64,000 nucleotides of DNA from Candidatus Omnitrophota bacterium (GTDB taxonomy: Bacteria > Omnitrophota > Gorgyraeia > Zapsychrales > Fredricksoniimonadaceae): the NCBI GenBank assembly GCA_903944345.1, contig CAJARJ010000016.1, positions 25,852 through 89,851 of the forward strand, given 5' to 3'. The position numbers were made by a program, and so were the translations under genes. How positions within the stretch are numbered: position 1 is the first letter of the stretch; each line of letters starts with the position of its first letter. Shown in pieces: positions 18,873 through 29,043 of this stretch. The notes beneath the pieces are model-generated. The model was not told where the DNA came from and did no database searches. It worked only from the letters and a program-made list of their open reading frames with translations.

Positions 18873-19010
18873 ATCTGATAGAGCATACTTTATCCGGATT
18901 TTTTTAGTCAAAATCCGGGTTGAGTCTTAAGCCTCTTGCTAATATAGTTTTTTTGTTGTCAGGCAGCTATTTCACAATTCGGGTTTAACGCAGGAAAGAA
19001 AGGTCACAAA

Positions 19011-19760
19011 ATGTCAGGTCACTCAAAGTGGGCAACAATCAAGCATAAGAAAGCGGCCCTGGATGCCAAGCGCGGAGCTGCTTTTACAAGAATCACCCGT
19101 GAAATTGTCACGGCAGCCAAAGAAGGTGGCGGCGATCCGAACAAAAATCCCCGTTTGCGTACGGCGATGCTGCGTGCTCGCGGGATCAACATGCCTTCCA
19201 GTAACGTGGAGAATGCTATCAAAAAGGGTACCGGTGAGCTGCCCGGCGTGACCTATGAATCTTTTACTTTTGATGCTTATGCTCCGGGTGGGATTGCTGT
19301 TTTTATAGAAGGCTTGACTGATAACAAGAATCGGACCACAGCCGAAGTACGTAACATCCTGACCCGCAAGAATGGAAGTCTGGCATCGCCGGGCTCAGTC
19401 GCTTTTCTTTTTAACAAGAAGGGCTTGATTGTGGTTGAGGTCAAGATTATCAATGAAACAGATTTGATGGATCTGGTTCTTGAAGCCGGTGCGGAAGATA
19501 TGACAATTCAGGACGATGTTTACGAGATTACTACCGATCCTTCTGCTTTTGAAGCTGTTCGTAGCGCAATTGAAGCCAAGCAGCTTCCCATGAAGTCAGC
19601 GGAAGTTACCATGATTCCGACGACGACAGTAAAGGTTACCGGCAGTGAAGCCAAGAATGTCCTGGCACTGGTTGATGCGCTGGAAGATTATGAAGATGTA
19701 CAGAATGTGTATGCCAATTTTGACATCTCTGACGAGGATATGGCCGCTCTGGAGGGGTAG
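19011..19760 (+). CDS. YebC/PmpR family DNA-binding transcriptional regulator
   Basis: MSGHSKWATIKHKKAALDAKRG… is the family's hallmark N-terminus. Confidence 0.9.
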   Translation: MSGHSKWATIKHKKAALDAKRGAAFTRITREIVTAAKEGGGDPNKNPRLRTAMLRARGINMPSSNVENAIKKGTGELPGVTYESFTFDAYAPGGIAVFIEGLTDNKNRTTAEVRNILTRKNGSLASPGSVAFLFNKKGLIVVEVKIINETDLMDLVLEAGAEDMTIQDDVYEITTDPSAFEAVRSAIEAKQLPMKSAEVTMIPTTTVKVTGSEAKNVLALVDALEDYEDVQNVYANFDISDEDMAALEG

Positions 19761-19774
19761 AAACTGGGGGCGGA

Positions 19775-20260
19775 ATGATAGTTATTGGTGTTGACCCCGG
19801 TCTTAAAGCTACTGGTTACGGTGTGATCCGTATTGATGACCGGACCCGGATTGCCGCCCTTGAGCTTGGGTCGATTGAGCCTGCGCGCAAGGACTCCTTT
19901 GCAGTCAAGTTATCCAAGATTCGCAAGCATCTCGACGATGTTGTTGTGCGGTACCAGCCTTCGGTTATGGTTCTGGAAAAGCTTTATAGTCATTACGCTC
20001 ATCCGGTGACCGCAGTTGTTATGGGACACGCCCGGGGCGTTATATGTCTGGTGTGTGCCGAACGGAATCTTTTGCTGGTCGAGGAAAGTCCCAAGCGTGT
20101 TCGTAAATCGGTTGTTGGCAATGGCAATGCTTCGAAGGAACAGACGCGCCTGGTTGTTGCGTCTTTTCTCAAGATTGCCCCCGAGAAACTTACGCTGGAT
20201 ATCTCCGATGCCTTGGCACTTGGGTTGGCTTATGCGAATATGAAACGTTACTCCGGATAG
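19775..20260 (+). CDS. ruvC: crossover junction endodeoxyribonuclease RuvC
   Basis: MIVIGVDPGLKATGYGVI… RNase H-like fold with the catalytic D near the N-terminus. Confidence 0.9.
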   Translation: MIVIGVDPGLKATGYGVIRIDDRTRIAALELGSIEPARKDSFAVKLSKIRKHLDDVVVRYQPSVMVLEKLYSHYAHPVTAVVMGHARGVICLVCAERNLLLVEESPKRVRKSVVGNGNASKEQTRLVVASFLKIAPEKLTLDISDALALGLAYANMKRYSG

Positions 20261-20289
20261 TTGGGGTTGTTTCTTCTGATGGAGCCGAG

Positions 20290-20916
20290 ATGATTGTTCG
20301 GATCAAGGGCGTCATAGCCGAAAAGAAAGATAACGCCGTTGTTTTGGCAGTTGGCGGTATTTTTTACGAAATTCTGGTTCCCTCCTCGGTTGCCCAGAGG
20401 ATTGACTCGGCTTGTGATAACGAAGGTGTTGTTGTTTTGGTCATTCATCATTATCTGCAGATTGGGCCTTCCACCGCCGCTCCGGTCATGATCGGATTCC
20501 TGAACGAGCTTGAAAAAGAGTTCTTTTTGCAGTTCATTTCGGTTTCCGGTATCGGACCTAAAGCCGCCGTCAAGGCGCTCAATTGTTCGATTGCCGATAT
20601 TTCTGCGGCCATAGATGCTTCTGATTCGGCTTTTCTCAAGGGGCTTCCTGGTATTGGACAGCAGAAAGCAAAAGATATTATTGCGAAGCTGCAGGGGAAG
20701 GTCAGTCGTTTTGGACTTATTCCAGATACCAGAATAAAGATAACGGCTGCTCCCGCATCTTCTGTTTGCGAGGAAGCGCTCGCAGTGCTTCAGCAGTTGC
20801 AGTACAAAAAGCCGGAGGCCGAAGACATGGTTCGCAAGGCCTGGGACCGGACCGGTGGAGCCGCGACTGTAGAAGAATTGCTTAATGCAATTTATTCCGT
20901 ATCCCGAAAATCTTAA
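20290..20916 (+). CDS. ruvA: Holliday junction branch migration protein RuvA
   Basis: MIVRIKGVI…VVLAVGGIFYEILVP OB domain. Tandem HhH (…FISVSGIGPKAAVKAL…, …LKGLPGIGQQKAKDII). Confidence 0.9.
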   Translation: MIVRIKGVIAEKKDNAVVLAVGGIFYEILVPSSVAQRIDSACDNEGVVVLVIHHYLQIGPSTAAPVMIGFLNELEKEFFLQFISVSGIGPKAAVKALNCSIADISAAIDASDSAFLKGLPGIGQQKAKDIIAKLQGKVSRFGLIPDTRIKITAAPASSVCEEALAVLQQLQYKKPEAEDMVRKAWDRTGGAATVEELLNAIYSVSRKS

Positions 20917-20929
20917 TGACAGGGTTGTT

Positions 20930-21745
20930 ATGGATAATAATCAGATAGAACATTTGAAAGGGGCAGTCGAGGCTCTTTTGTTCGTTAGTGAGAAGCCGGT
21001 GACTGCAGAGCAGTTTAAGGATGCGATCATTGGTGTTTCGGCAGATGAGATCAAGGTGGCGCTGGATCTGCTTGAGCAGGAATATGCTTCTGCCCGCAGG
21101 GGAATGGTTGTTATTCAGATCGCCGGTGGCTGGCAGATGCTCTCAAGCGGAGATTACGCCTCTTATATACGTGAATTCTTCAAGACCCGGCATAAGGAGA
21201 AATTGTCTCGTCCGGCGCTGGAGGTCTTGGCGATTATTGCCTACAAACAGCCTGTTTCGCGTACTGATCTTGAGCTTCTTCGCGGGGTGAACTCTGACGG
21301 GGTTGTCATACATTTGCTCAACAAGGGGCTGATAAAGATCGTCGGGAGAAAAGAAGTGCCTGGCCGTCCGTATGTTTACGGAACCACCGGGTTGTTTCTG
21401 GAATATTTTGGTTTGAGAGCTTTGTCGGATCTGCCTAAACTGGAAGAGTTTCCTGGCTTGGCTGCTGCAGAGGGGACCTCCGGGACGTCTGACTCCGCCG
21501 GATTGCAGCAGGAGTTGGCTCAGGCTGTTTCCGGGGAATATGCTCCGACAGCGGAAGATCTGGCAAAAGCCAGAACCCGAATGGATATTGATGAGTTGGA
21601 GAAAGATATGGTCTCCCCGGCAGAGATTGCAGACGGAGATATTGTCGGGTCAGTCGGGGGACAGGCCAGGATGATGAGCGCGGAGAATGCTCCGCAGGAG
21701 GAAGCTGACCGTGGAACTGAAGAATCTGCGTCGGAAGATCGATGA
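20930..21745 (+). CDS. scpB: segregation and condensation protein B (ScpB) with acidic C-terminal tail
   Basis: …LKGAVEALLFVSEKPVTAEQF… and …QPVSRTDLELLRGVNSDGVVIHLLNKGLIKIVGRKEVPGRPYVYGTT… winged helices. The start is chosen at the ATG at 20930 rather than the track start at 20885. Confidence 0.85.
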   Translation: MDNNQIEHLKGAVEALLFVSEKPVTAEQFKDAIIGVSADEIKVALDLLEQEYASARRGMVVIQIAGGWQMLSSGDYASYIREFFKTRHKEKLSRPALEVLAIIAYKQPVSRTDLELLRGVNSDGVVIHLLNKGLIKIVGRKEVPGRPYVYGTTGLFLEYFGLRALSDLPKLEEFPGLAAAEGTSGTSDSAGLQQELAQAVSGEYAPTAEDLAKARTRMDIDELEKDMVSPAEIADGDIVGSVGGQARMMSAENAPQEEADRGTEESASEDR

Positions 21746-22772
21746 TATTGATGCCCAATTGCTGGCGCTTCTAAATGCCCGAGCTCAGGTTTCCCTGAAA
21801 GTCGGACAGGCAAAGCATAAGGACGGTCGTAATGTGTACGTGCCGGAGCGTGAGCAGCAGCTTTTGGCGCGTTTAAAAACACTTAATGCCGGCCCCATGA
21901 ACAATGAGGCGCTTGAGGCGATCTGGCGTGAGATTATGTCCAGTTCCTTATCGCTTGAAAAGCCTTTGCGCATTGCCTACCTGGGAGGGCGAGGCTCCAA
22001 TTCATGGCTGGCCGCGGTGCGCAAATTCGGATCACAGTTGGAATATCTCGGTTGTCAGAGTATTCCTGAGGTTTTTCAGAGTGTGCAGCGGAAAGAAGCT
22101 GATTATGGTATGGTGCCTATCGAGAATTCAGTCGAAGGAGCGGTAACGCCCACGATTGACATGCTGGTGGACTCGGATTTACAGGTGTGTGCTCATATTC
22201 TGGTTCGGATTTCGCATGCTTTTCTTTGCAAGGGGCCGGTTAGTGCGGTCAAAAAAGTCTATTCCAATCCGCAGGTCTTGGCGCAGTGCCGGAATTGGTT
22301 GCTTGCCAATTGTCCGCCGCAACGGGTCAAGCATATCAGTGTTGCGGCCACTACTGACGCTGTCAAGCTGGCGCTGACGGAACGCGGGGCGGCCGCGCTT
22401 GCTTCGCCGGAATGCGCCCGTATTTACGGAATTCCGATTATCAAGGCTGATATTCAGGATTTCGCTCACAATGCTACCCGTTTTTTTGTGATTGCGCATC
22501 ATGATGCAGCGGCAACCGGGAAGGACCGGACTTCGATTGTTTTTTCGATCAAAGATCGGGTAGGGGCTTTGTCGTCCATTCTGACGCCTTTTGCCCGCAG
22601 CAGGATCAACTTGACCAAAATTGAATCGCGTCCGATCAAAAAGAAAGCCTGGGATTATTATTTCTTTCTTGATATCGAAGGGCATCGGGAAGATCCCAAG
22701 ATTCGTAAAGCTCTTTTACGTCTTGAGGGAATGTGCAAGTTTATGAAAATCCTTGGGTCATATCCGGTATAA
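21687..22772 (+). CDS. pheA: bifunctional chorismate mutase / prephenate dehydratase (P-protein)
   Basis: N-terminal chorismate mutase helix (LRRKIDDIDAQLLALLNARAQVSLKVGQAK), a prephenate dehydratase core (RIAYLGGRGSNSW…), and a C-terminal ACT domain (…SIVFSIKDRVGALSSIL…). Confidence 0.85.
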   Translation: MLRRRKLTVELKNLRRKIDDIDAQLLALLNARAQVSLKVGQAKHKDGRNVYVPEREQQLLARLKTLNAGPMNNEALEAIWREIMSSSLSLEKPLRIAYLGGRGSNSWLAAVRKFGSQLEYLGCQSIPEVFQSVQRKEADYGMVPIENSVEGAVTPTIDMLVDSDLQVCAHILVRISHAFLCKGPVSAVKKVYSNPQVLAQCRNWLLANCPPQRVKHISVAATTDAVKLALTERGAAALASPECARIYGIPIIKADIQDFAHNATRFFVIAHHDAAATGKDRTSIVFSIKDRVGALSSILTPFARSRINLTKIESRPIKKKAWDYYFFLDIEGHREDPKIRKALLRLEGMCKFMKILGSYPV

Positions 22773-22776
22773 CAAT

Positions 22777-23874
22777 ATGAACAATCGAGCCAATAAGAAT
22801 GTTTTGAAGATCAAGCCGTATGTCCCCGGCAAACCGATTGATGAAGTCAAGCGTGAACTTGGACTCAAGCGGGTTGTCAAGCTGGCCTCGAACGAGAATC
22901 CGTACCCGCCTTCGCCTGCAGTTCTCAAGGCTGTCCGGGAGGCGGGCAGGAATCTCAATCGTTATCCTGACGGAAGTTGTTTCGAATTGCGCCAGGAGCT
23001 TTCCCGTCGGCTGAAAGTTGATCCCCGGCAGCTTGTTTTTGGCTGTGGATCTGATGAGGTTATTGTTTTGGCTTTGCGCGCTTTTATTAATCCTGGTGAT
23101 GAAGTGGTCATGGCTGTGCCCTCGTTTCTGGTTTATTCTCTGGCCTCGACTTTGGCTGGAGCCAGGTGCATCCAGATTCCTCTCAAAGGGTTGCGCTACG
23201 ATATGTCAGCCATGAAAAAGGCGGTTACCGCCCGGACCAAGATTGTTTTTATCGGTAATCCCGACAATCCATCCGGTCAGTTTCCCGACAAGGCCGAAGT
23301 GGACAGTTTTTTGCGTGGACTCGCGCAGGACGTGCTTGTATTCTTTGATGAAGCATATTACGAGTTTGCGGCTGCAGAAAAGAATTATGTCCAGACGCTT
23401 GATCTGCTGCGCTCTCGCGGTAATGTGATCGTTGCCCGGACGTTTTCCAAGCTTTTTGGGTTGGCGGGACTGCGTATCGGTTATGGAGTGGCTTCTCTGG
23501 AGGTCGCGGCGTTAATGGATCGTGTACGCGAACCGTTTAATGTGACGTCTGTGGCCCAGGCTGCGGCCCTGGCCGCACTGAAAGACCGTGTTTATTATGA
23601 CCGGATTCTTAAAGAACTTAACACCGAACGCAGTCGTTTGTGCGCACAGCTGCGTAGTTTCTCAGCTCAGGGGGTCGAAGTCAGCAAAGGGTGTACGAAT
23701 TTTATCCAGATTCGTACTTCCAAAGACAGCCGGGAGCTTTCCGCTGCATTGCTTAAGAAGGGGATTATTGTCCGGGATATGAGTGCCTGGGGGCTGTCAA
23801 ACTATATTCGTGTAACCATTGGCAAACCGTCGGAGAACAGACTCTTTTTAAAAGCGTTTGCGGCGGCAATCTAG
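22777..23874 (+). CDS. hisC: histidinol-phosphate / aromatic aminotransferase (class II PLP-dependent)
   Basis: …IKPYVPGKPIDEV…VKLASNENPYPPSPAVLKAV… The lysine sits in …RTFSKLFGLAGLRIGY. It lies between pheA and tyrA. Confidence 0.85.
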   Translation: MNNRANKNVLKIKPYVPGKPIDEVKRELGLKRVVKLASNENPYPPSPAVLKAVREAGRNLNRYPDGSCFELRQELSRRLKVDPRQLVFGCGSDEVIVLALRAFINPGDEVVMAVPSFLVYSLASTLAGARCIQIPLKGLRYDMSAMKKAVTARTKIVFIGNPDNPSGQFPDKAEVDSFLRGLAQDVLVFFDEAYYEFAAAEKNYVQTLDLLRSRGNVIVARTFSKLFGLAGLRIGYGVASLEVAALMDRVREPFNVTSVAQAAALAALKDRVYYDRILKELNTERSRLCAQLRSFSAQGVEVSKGCTNFIQIRTSKDSRELSAALLKKGIIVRDMSAWGLSNYIRVTIGKPSENRLFLKAFAAAI

Positions 23875-23999
23875 GCCGTTTTTCTTTGGAAAGCGGTTTT
23901 GTTCCGAATTATTTTTCATACAAAAAGGTTGATTATCCCGTGTTCGTAAGGCTTGGCCGCGCGGAATACCTGGAAAGGGTGGCAGTGTTCAGAAGACAT

Positions 24000-24845
24000 A
24001 TGTTCAGAAAAGCTGCGGTGCTTGGTACCGGTTTGCTTGGCGGATCGGTTGCTCTTGCCCTTAGGCAGAAAGGTCTGGCAGAGCGAATTGTAGGAACATC
24101 GCGACAGGAAACATCGCGTCGTCTCGCTGTTGAGCGCGGTGTGCTAGATGAGGTCTTTATTGAAACTCAGAAAGCTATCCAGGGCGCGGATTTGGTTATT
24201 CTGGCTTCGCCGGTCAAGACGATTCTTGCGGATATCCTGAATATTTCCAAGCATCTGCGTCGTGGCTGTGTGGTAACAGATGTGGGCAGTACAAAGATGG
24301 CGATTGTTGATGCTGCGGAGAAATGTTTTCCTGCGCATGTTCTTTTTGCCGGGGCCCATCCGATAGCGGGTTCGGAAAAGAGCGGAGTGCTGCATGCTTC
24401 GGCAGATTTGTTAAAGGGGGCGGTGTGTGTTCTGACTCCGACCGACAAGACCAACAAGGTGGCACGGGACAAGGTGCGACAACTCTGGACAACTTTGGGC
24501 TGTGATGTCCGGATTATGGAACCGGCCAAGCATGATGAAGCTTTGACTTATGTCAGTCATTTGCCGCATATGGCTGCCTTTGCCTTGATGCGGGCGGTTC
24601 CTGAACAATATTTGCCTTTGGCTTCAGCCGGTTTGCGTGATACCACGCGAATCGCCGGTTCATCGCCAAAGATGTGGAGTGATATCTGTTTCTCTAATTA
24701 TCGTAATGTTTTACGTTCGATTGATGAAGTGGTTGGGTCGTTGTCCGAGATTCGTAAGGCCGTTGTGGATCGGGACGAACAGGCGCTTACGGCTTTTCTT
24801 GAACAGGCCAAAGCCCGCCATCTTTTACTGGAGAAAAAAGAATGA
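24000..24845 (+). CDS. tyrA: prephenate dehydrogenase
   Basis: Rossmann motif AAVLGTGLLGGSVALAL, …FAGAHPIAGSE… The start is taken at the internal ATG just before the Rossmann motif; the track ORF begins at an upstream TTG (23886). Confidence 0.8.
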   Translation: MFRKAAVLGTGLLGGSVALALRQKGLAERIVGTSRQETSRRLAVERGVLDEVFIETQKAIQGADLVILASPVKTILADILNISKHLRRGCVVTDVGSTKMAIVDAAEKCFPAHVLFAGAHPIAGSEKSGVLHASADLLKGAVCVLTPTDKTNKVARDKVRQLWTTLGCDVRIMEPAKHDEALTYVSHLPHMAAFALMRAVPEQYLPLASAGLRDTTRIAGSSPKMWSDICFSNYRNVLRSIDEVVGSLSEIRKAVVDRDEQALTAFLEQAKARHLLLEKKE

Positions 24846-25513
24846 GTATGCCGTTTGTTGTTACTATTGACGGGCCTGCGGGAGCCGGCAAGAGTACGGT
24901 GGCGAAGTTACTGGCGCAAAAACTTGGTGTGGCTTTTCTGGATACCGGAGCCATGTATCGTGCTCTGACTCTCAAGGCTTTACGTTTGGGCACAGATCTG
25001 GAGGATCCGGCGGCGCTGGAATCTTTGGCCCGGGCGACTGTGATTGATGTGCTTTTTGAGCCGGGTGGGTCTCTGCGAGTTCTGCTGGACGAGCAGGATG
25101 TTTCTGTCGATATTCGTTCGCAGGAAGTTACTAACAAAACGTTTTATATAGCCCGTACTCCCGGTGTCAGGGAGGTTCTGGTTGATTGGCAGAAAAGAAT
25201 GGGCCGAAAAGTGTCTTTGGTCGGAGACGGCAGGGATCTGGGGACAGTAGTTTTCCCTGACGCCGCTTTTAAGTTCTTTCTGGATGCGGATTTCAAAGTG
25301 CGTTGCCGTAGAAGGGCTGATGAACTGCGGCTTAAAGGTCTTCCGGTCGACGAGGCCGGTCTGGAGAAGGATTTGATGGAACGGGATCAGCATGATTTGA
25401 CCCGTAAAGTTGGTCCTTTGAAAAAAGCAGATGACGCATTATATATTGACTCGACCGGAATGAGCATTGACGAAGTTGTCAATTTCATAGCCGCACGAAT
25501 TGACAGGCAATAA
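24842..25513 (+). CDS. cmk: cytidylate kinase
   Basis: VTIDGPAGAGKSTVAKLLA…LDTGAMYRA. Confidence 0.9.
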   Translation: MSMPFVVTIDGPAGAGKSTVAKLLAQKLGVAFLDTGAMYRALTLKALRLGTDLEDPAALESLARATVIDVLFEPGGSLRVLLDEQDVSVDIRSQEVTNKTFYIARTPGVREVLVDWQKRMGRKVSLVGDGRDLGTVVFPDAAFKFFLDADFKVRCRRRADELRLKGLPVDEAGLEKDLMERDQHDLTRKVGPLKKADDALYIDSTGMSIDEVVNFIAARIDRQ

Positions 25514-25518
25514 AATTT

Positions 25519-27309
25519 ATGGATCAGACGCTTATACGTAATTTTTCGATTATCGCGCATATTGATCACGGGAAGTCCACTCTTGCGGATCGTTTGATGC
25601 TTTTTTGCGGAGCGATTGACGAGCGTAGTTTCAAGAATCAGATGCTCGACGATATGGATCTCGAGCGCGAGCGCGGGATAACGATCAAGGCTTCGGCTGT
25701 CCGTTTGAATTACAAGGCTCAGGATGGTCGTGAGTATCTGTTTAATCTGATCGATACTCCTGGTCATGTGGATTTTACGTACGAGGTTGAGAAGTCGCTC
25801 AAGGCCTGTGAGGGGGCGCTTCTTATTATTGATGCTTCACAGGGAGTTGAATCGCAGACGGTGGCCAATTATTACCTGGCAATAAATAATAATCTTGAAA
25901 TCCTGCCGGTGATCAACAAGATCGATATTGCCAATATTGATCTTAATGAAGCAGTTCGTCAGCTCAAGGAGATCCTCAAGTTCAAGGAGCAGGACATCCA
26001 GAAGGTGTCCGCAAAAGAAGGACTGAATATTGACTTGCTGTTCGAGAAGATTGTCAGCTTTATTCCGGCCCCTTATGGTGAAGAAAATAAACCGCTCAAG
26101 GCTCTGATTTTTGATATGAAATATGACGTTTATAAGGGTGTGGTTATCTTTATCCGCATTATAGACGGCAGCCTTGCGATAGGTGACCGTATCCGGTTGA
26201 TGCATTTACAGAAAGAATTTACTGTTGACGGGATGGGGTGTTTCTCGCCGTTTGACACCAAGCTCAAGGAGCTGGGATCCGGTGAGGTCGGTTATTTTAC
26301 CTGTAATGTGCGCGATCCCAAAGAAATTCGTGTCGGTGACACGGTGACCAGGGCGGATAATCCCTGTATGGAACCTATGGAAGGATATCGGCAGTTACAG
26401 CCCCTGGTCTTTTGCGGGGTTTATCCGGTGACTGCCGACGAATACATGGAGTTGCGTGAAGCTATCGACAAATTACGACTGAGCGATCCGAGTTTTACGT
26501 ACGAACCCGAAACTTCACAGTCTTTCGGGCACGGTTTTCGCTGCGGTTTTCTTGGCTTGTTACACATGGAGGTTGTTCAGGAGAGACTGGAACGGGAATA
26601 TAATCTGAGCCTGGTCTTGACGACGCCGAATGTTGGCTATCGTTACGAGACCAAGGACGGTCAAATGATGGATATCGAGAATCCTTCTGCTCTGCCTTCC
26701 ATGAATGATGTCCGCTCGGTGGAAGAGCCGTATTTGAAAGTTTCTGTTCTGACTCCGGTGGTCAGTATGGATGCCGTTATGGAATTGACCAAACGCAAGC
26801 GCGGCACCTATATCAAGAGTGAGTTTATTTCGGATCGCATGCGGATTGTTTACGAGATTCCGCTGGCAGAAGTGATTGTGGATTTCAATGATATGGTCAA
26901 ATCGGCGACCAAAGGATATGGTTCTATTGATTATGAGTTCGCTGGTTACCGCCAGGCGCCGATTGTCAAGATGGACATTTTGATTAATGATGAGGCCTGT
27001 GATGCTTTTTCCTGCCTGGTGCATAAGGAGCATGCTTATGCCAAGGGGGCGGCTTTGTGCGAGAAACTTAAAGAGCTTATTCCAGCCCAGTTGTTTGATA
27101 TCCGCATCCAGGCATCCTGTGACGGGCGCATTATAGCGTCTTCGCGGATCAAGTCGATGGGCAAGAATGTGACGGCTAAGTGTTACGGAGGGGACATCTC
27201 CCGTAAACGCAAGTTGTGGGAAAAGCAAAAAGAAGGAAAGAAGAAGCTCAAATCCGTTGGACGGGTTGAGGTTCCGCAGGAAGCTTTCTTGGCGGCTTTG
27301 AAAATATAG
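25519..27309 (+). CDS. lepA: translation elongation factor 4 (LepA)
   Basis: GTPase G1 IIAHIDHGKSTL, G3 DTPGHVDF, G4 NKID, and the LepA-specific C-terminal domain. Confidence 0.9.
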   Translation: MDQTLIRNFSIIAHIDHGKSTLADRLMLFCGAIDERSFKNQMLDDMDLERERGITIKASAVRLNYKAQDGREYLFNLIDTPGHVDFTYEVEKSLKACEGALLIIDASQGVESQTVANYYLAINNNLEILPVINKIDIANIDLNEAVRQLKEILKFKEQDIQKVSAKEGLNIDLLFEKIVSFIPAPYGEENKPLKALIFDMKYDVYKGVVIFIRIIDGSLAIGDRIRLMHLQKEFTVDGMGCFSPFDTKLKELGSGEVGYFTCNVRDPKEIRVGDTVTRADNPCMEPMEGYRQLQPLVFCGVYPVTADEYMELREAIDKLRLSDPSFTYEPETSQSFGHGFRCGFLGLLHMEVVQERLEREYNLSLVLTTPNVGYRYETKDGQMMDIENPSALPSMNDVRSVEEPYLKVSVLTPVVSMDAVMELTKRKRGTYIKSEFISDRMRIVYEIPLAEVIVDFNDMVKSATKGYGSIDYEFAGYRQAPIVKMDILINDEACDAFSCLVHKEHAYAKGAALCEKLKELIPAQLFDIRIQASCDGRIIASSRIKSMGKNVTAKCYGGDISRKRKLWEKQKEGKKKLKSVGRVEVPQEAFLAALKI

Positions 27310-27323
27310 ACTGATAGCAGATT

Positions 27324-28088
27324 TTGCAACGGAAGGATGTTATGGAACAGGAAAAAGAACTGGTTCAAAAATGCGGTATTTGTGCTGTTGTGCGGGCCGC
27401 GAAACTGGATCGTTTTTGGGTCTTATTAACTCTGCTGACGGGCTATCCGGTTGCGGCCCTCACCTTGTTGTTTTCTTGCGGATTTTCCTGGAGTGCTTTT
27501 CGTGCTGCGCTTTTGGGGGATTCTGGCAAAAGTATCGCCAAGGAATGGGGCGAATCAATCCTGGTGGCTTTTATCCTGGCTATGGTCATTCGTACATTCT
27601 TTTTCCAGCCTTTCAAGATACCTTCAGGCTCCATGCGCATGACTCTTATCGAGGGGGACAGGCTTTTTGTGAACAAGCTGGCGTATGGTCCGCTGGTTCC
27701 ATTTACCGCGCGGCGTTTTCCCGGGTTTACCGCTCCCAAGCGGGGAGATGTTATTGTTTTTCGTTTCCCGCCAACCCGGGACAAGGATTATATCAAACGT
27801 CTGATCGCTTTCCCCGGGGAGAAAGTCGAGATCCTTCGGGGTCGTGTTTATATTGACGGCAAGGTTATTGATCAGGGGACAATAGCCGGAATTTATTACT
27901 ATAATAACGGTGATTATGGTGCCCAGCACAAGCCCATTGTGGTTCCCGAGGGGCAGTATTTTGTTATGGGAGATAACAGCGCGTCCAGTTATGACGGGCG
28001 TTACTGGGGCTTTGTTCCCCAGGAGATCGTTGTCGGCCGGGCGGATGTTATTTTCTGGCCGCTTAATCGTATCGGGAGAATCAAGTGA
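27324..28088 (+). CDS. lepB: signal peptidase I
   Basis: Catalytic Ser box IPSGSM and Lys box …YIKRLIAFPGE…, plus GDNSASSYDGRYWGFV. It follows lepA as in the conserved operon. Confidence 0.9.
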   Translation: MQRKDVMEQEKELVQKCGICAVVRAAKLDRFWVLLTLLTGYPVAALTLLFSCGFSWSAFRAALLGDSGKSIAKEWGESILVAFILAMVIRTFFFQPFKIPSGSMRMTLIEGDRLFVNKLAYGPLVPFTARRFPGFTAPKRGDVIVFRFPPTRDKDYIKRLIAFPGEKVEILRGRVYIDGKVIDQGTIAGIYYYNNGDYGAQHKPIVVPEGQYFVMGDNSASSYDGRYWGFVPQEIVVGRADVIFWPLNRIGRIK

Positions 28089-28459
28089 GAACGATGTTTT
28101 CTTCACCCGGGGGCTTTTCCGGTCTTTTAATTCTTTGTTTTTGTTTTATTTCGGGCGGGTGCGCTTCCCGCCCAGCCCGACTTTCTCCGGAGGGGGGCTC
28201 TGCAGAAACCGCTGCCCAGCAGATTGATGCTGTGCAGAAAGTAGTCAGTGGAATGACCGGAAGACAGGTCTCTTCCGAGGATATGCGGCGAGTGGCCCGT
28301 GAAGTTGAGAAAGATCCCGAATCCCGCGCGGTTATGCAAAAGATTTTGTCTTCGGGAAGTGTCCCGCGCGAGAAGTATTCTCCGGCCACCGGGAAGCATT
28401 ATAGTGCTGAATTGGAATTTGACCCGGAGACCGGAGTCAGGCTCGAGTTTGTCGATTAA
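28085..28459 (+). CDS. hypothetical lipoprotein
   Basis: Lipobox …LLILCFCFISGGCAS. 124 aa with no other motifs. Confidence 0.5.
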   Translation: MRTMFSSPGGFSGLLILCFCFISGGCASRPARLSPEGGSAETAAQQIDAVQKVVSGMTGRQVSSEDMRRVAREVEKDPESRAVMQKILSSGSVPREKYSPATGKHYSAELEFDPETGVRLEFVD

Positions 28460-28485
28460 CAGGCTCCCGAAGAGGAGATTCTAGT

Positions 28486-29043
28486 TTGACGCTGGCCAAC
28501 AAGATTACGATCGGTCGCATCTTTCTAGTACCCGTTTTTATTGCGGTGATGATGTATTATTCTCCGCAGCGGGAATATATGCGCTGGATTGCTTTGAGTC
28601 TTTATCTGCTGGCTCAGGCCGCAGATGTTGTGGACGGCATTGTGGCCAGATATTTTCATGAGAAGACTAGGGCTGGGGCCATTCTGGATCCTTTGGCCGA
28701 TAAATTTCTCTTTATCAGTGCGTTGCTGTGTCTTTACAGGGTGGGAGTTGATCATGACTGGACTCTCAGAATGCCTCTCTGGTTGGTTGTTGCCTTTCTC
28801 AGTCGGGATGTAATTCTTATTCTGGGTGGCGTTTTGCTTGGACTCAAGTCAGGCCTTCCTGAAATCCGGCCCAATGCTTGGGGAAAGTGCACCGCTTTTT
28901 TGCAAATGATTTGTATCCTGGCAATTTTTTTTCAGTGCCAGCCTGCGTTTTTTGTCTGGTGGATTGCGTTATTGGCAACAATTATTTCTGGGACTGTTTA
29001 TATAAAAGAAGGGATCAGGGTGTTGAACGATGGGCGTTATTGA
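28486..29043 (+). CDS. pgsA: CDP-alcohol phosphatidyltransferase (PgsA-like, CDP-diacylglycerol--glycerol-3-phosphate 3-phosphatidyltransferase)
   Basis: Family motif …ADVVDGIVARYFHEKTRAGAILDPLADK… (D-G-x2-AR-x8-G-x3-D-x3-D). TTG start preceded by a GAGGAG RBS. Confidence 0.8.
   Translation: MTLANKITIGRIFLVPVFIAVMMYYSPQREYMRWIALSLYLLAQAADVVDGIVARYFHEKTRAGAILDPLADKFLFISALLCLYRVGVDHDWTLRMPLWLVVAFLSRDVILILGGVLLGLKSGLPEIRPNAWGKCTAFLQMICILAIFFQCQPAFFVWWIALLATIISGTVYIKEGIRVLNDGRY

Noticed and set aside
18250-18911. ORFs 18250..18699 (-) and 18354..18911 (-), plus the 3' part of the 18022 ORF
   Set aside because: They fall on the RNase P RNA gene. The conserved rnpB sequence blocks explain the region.
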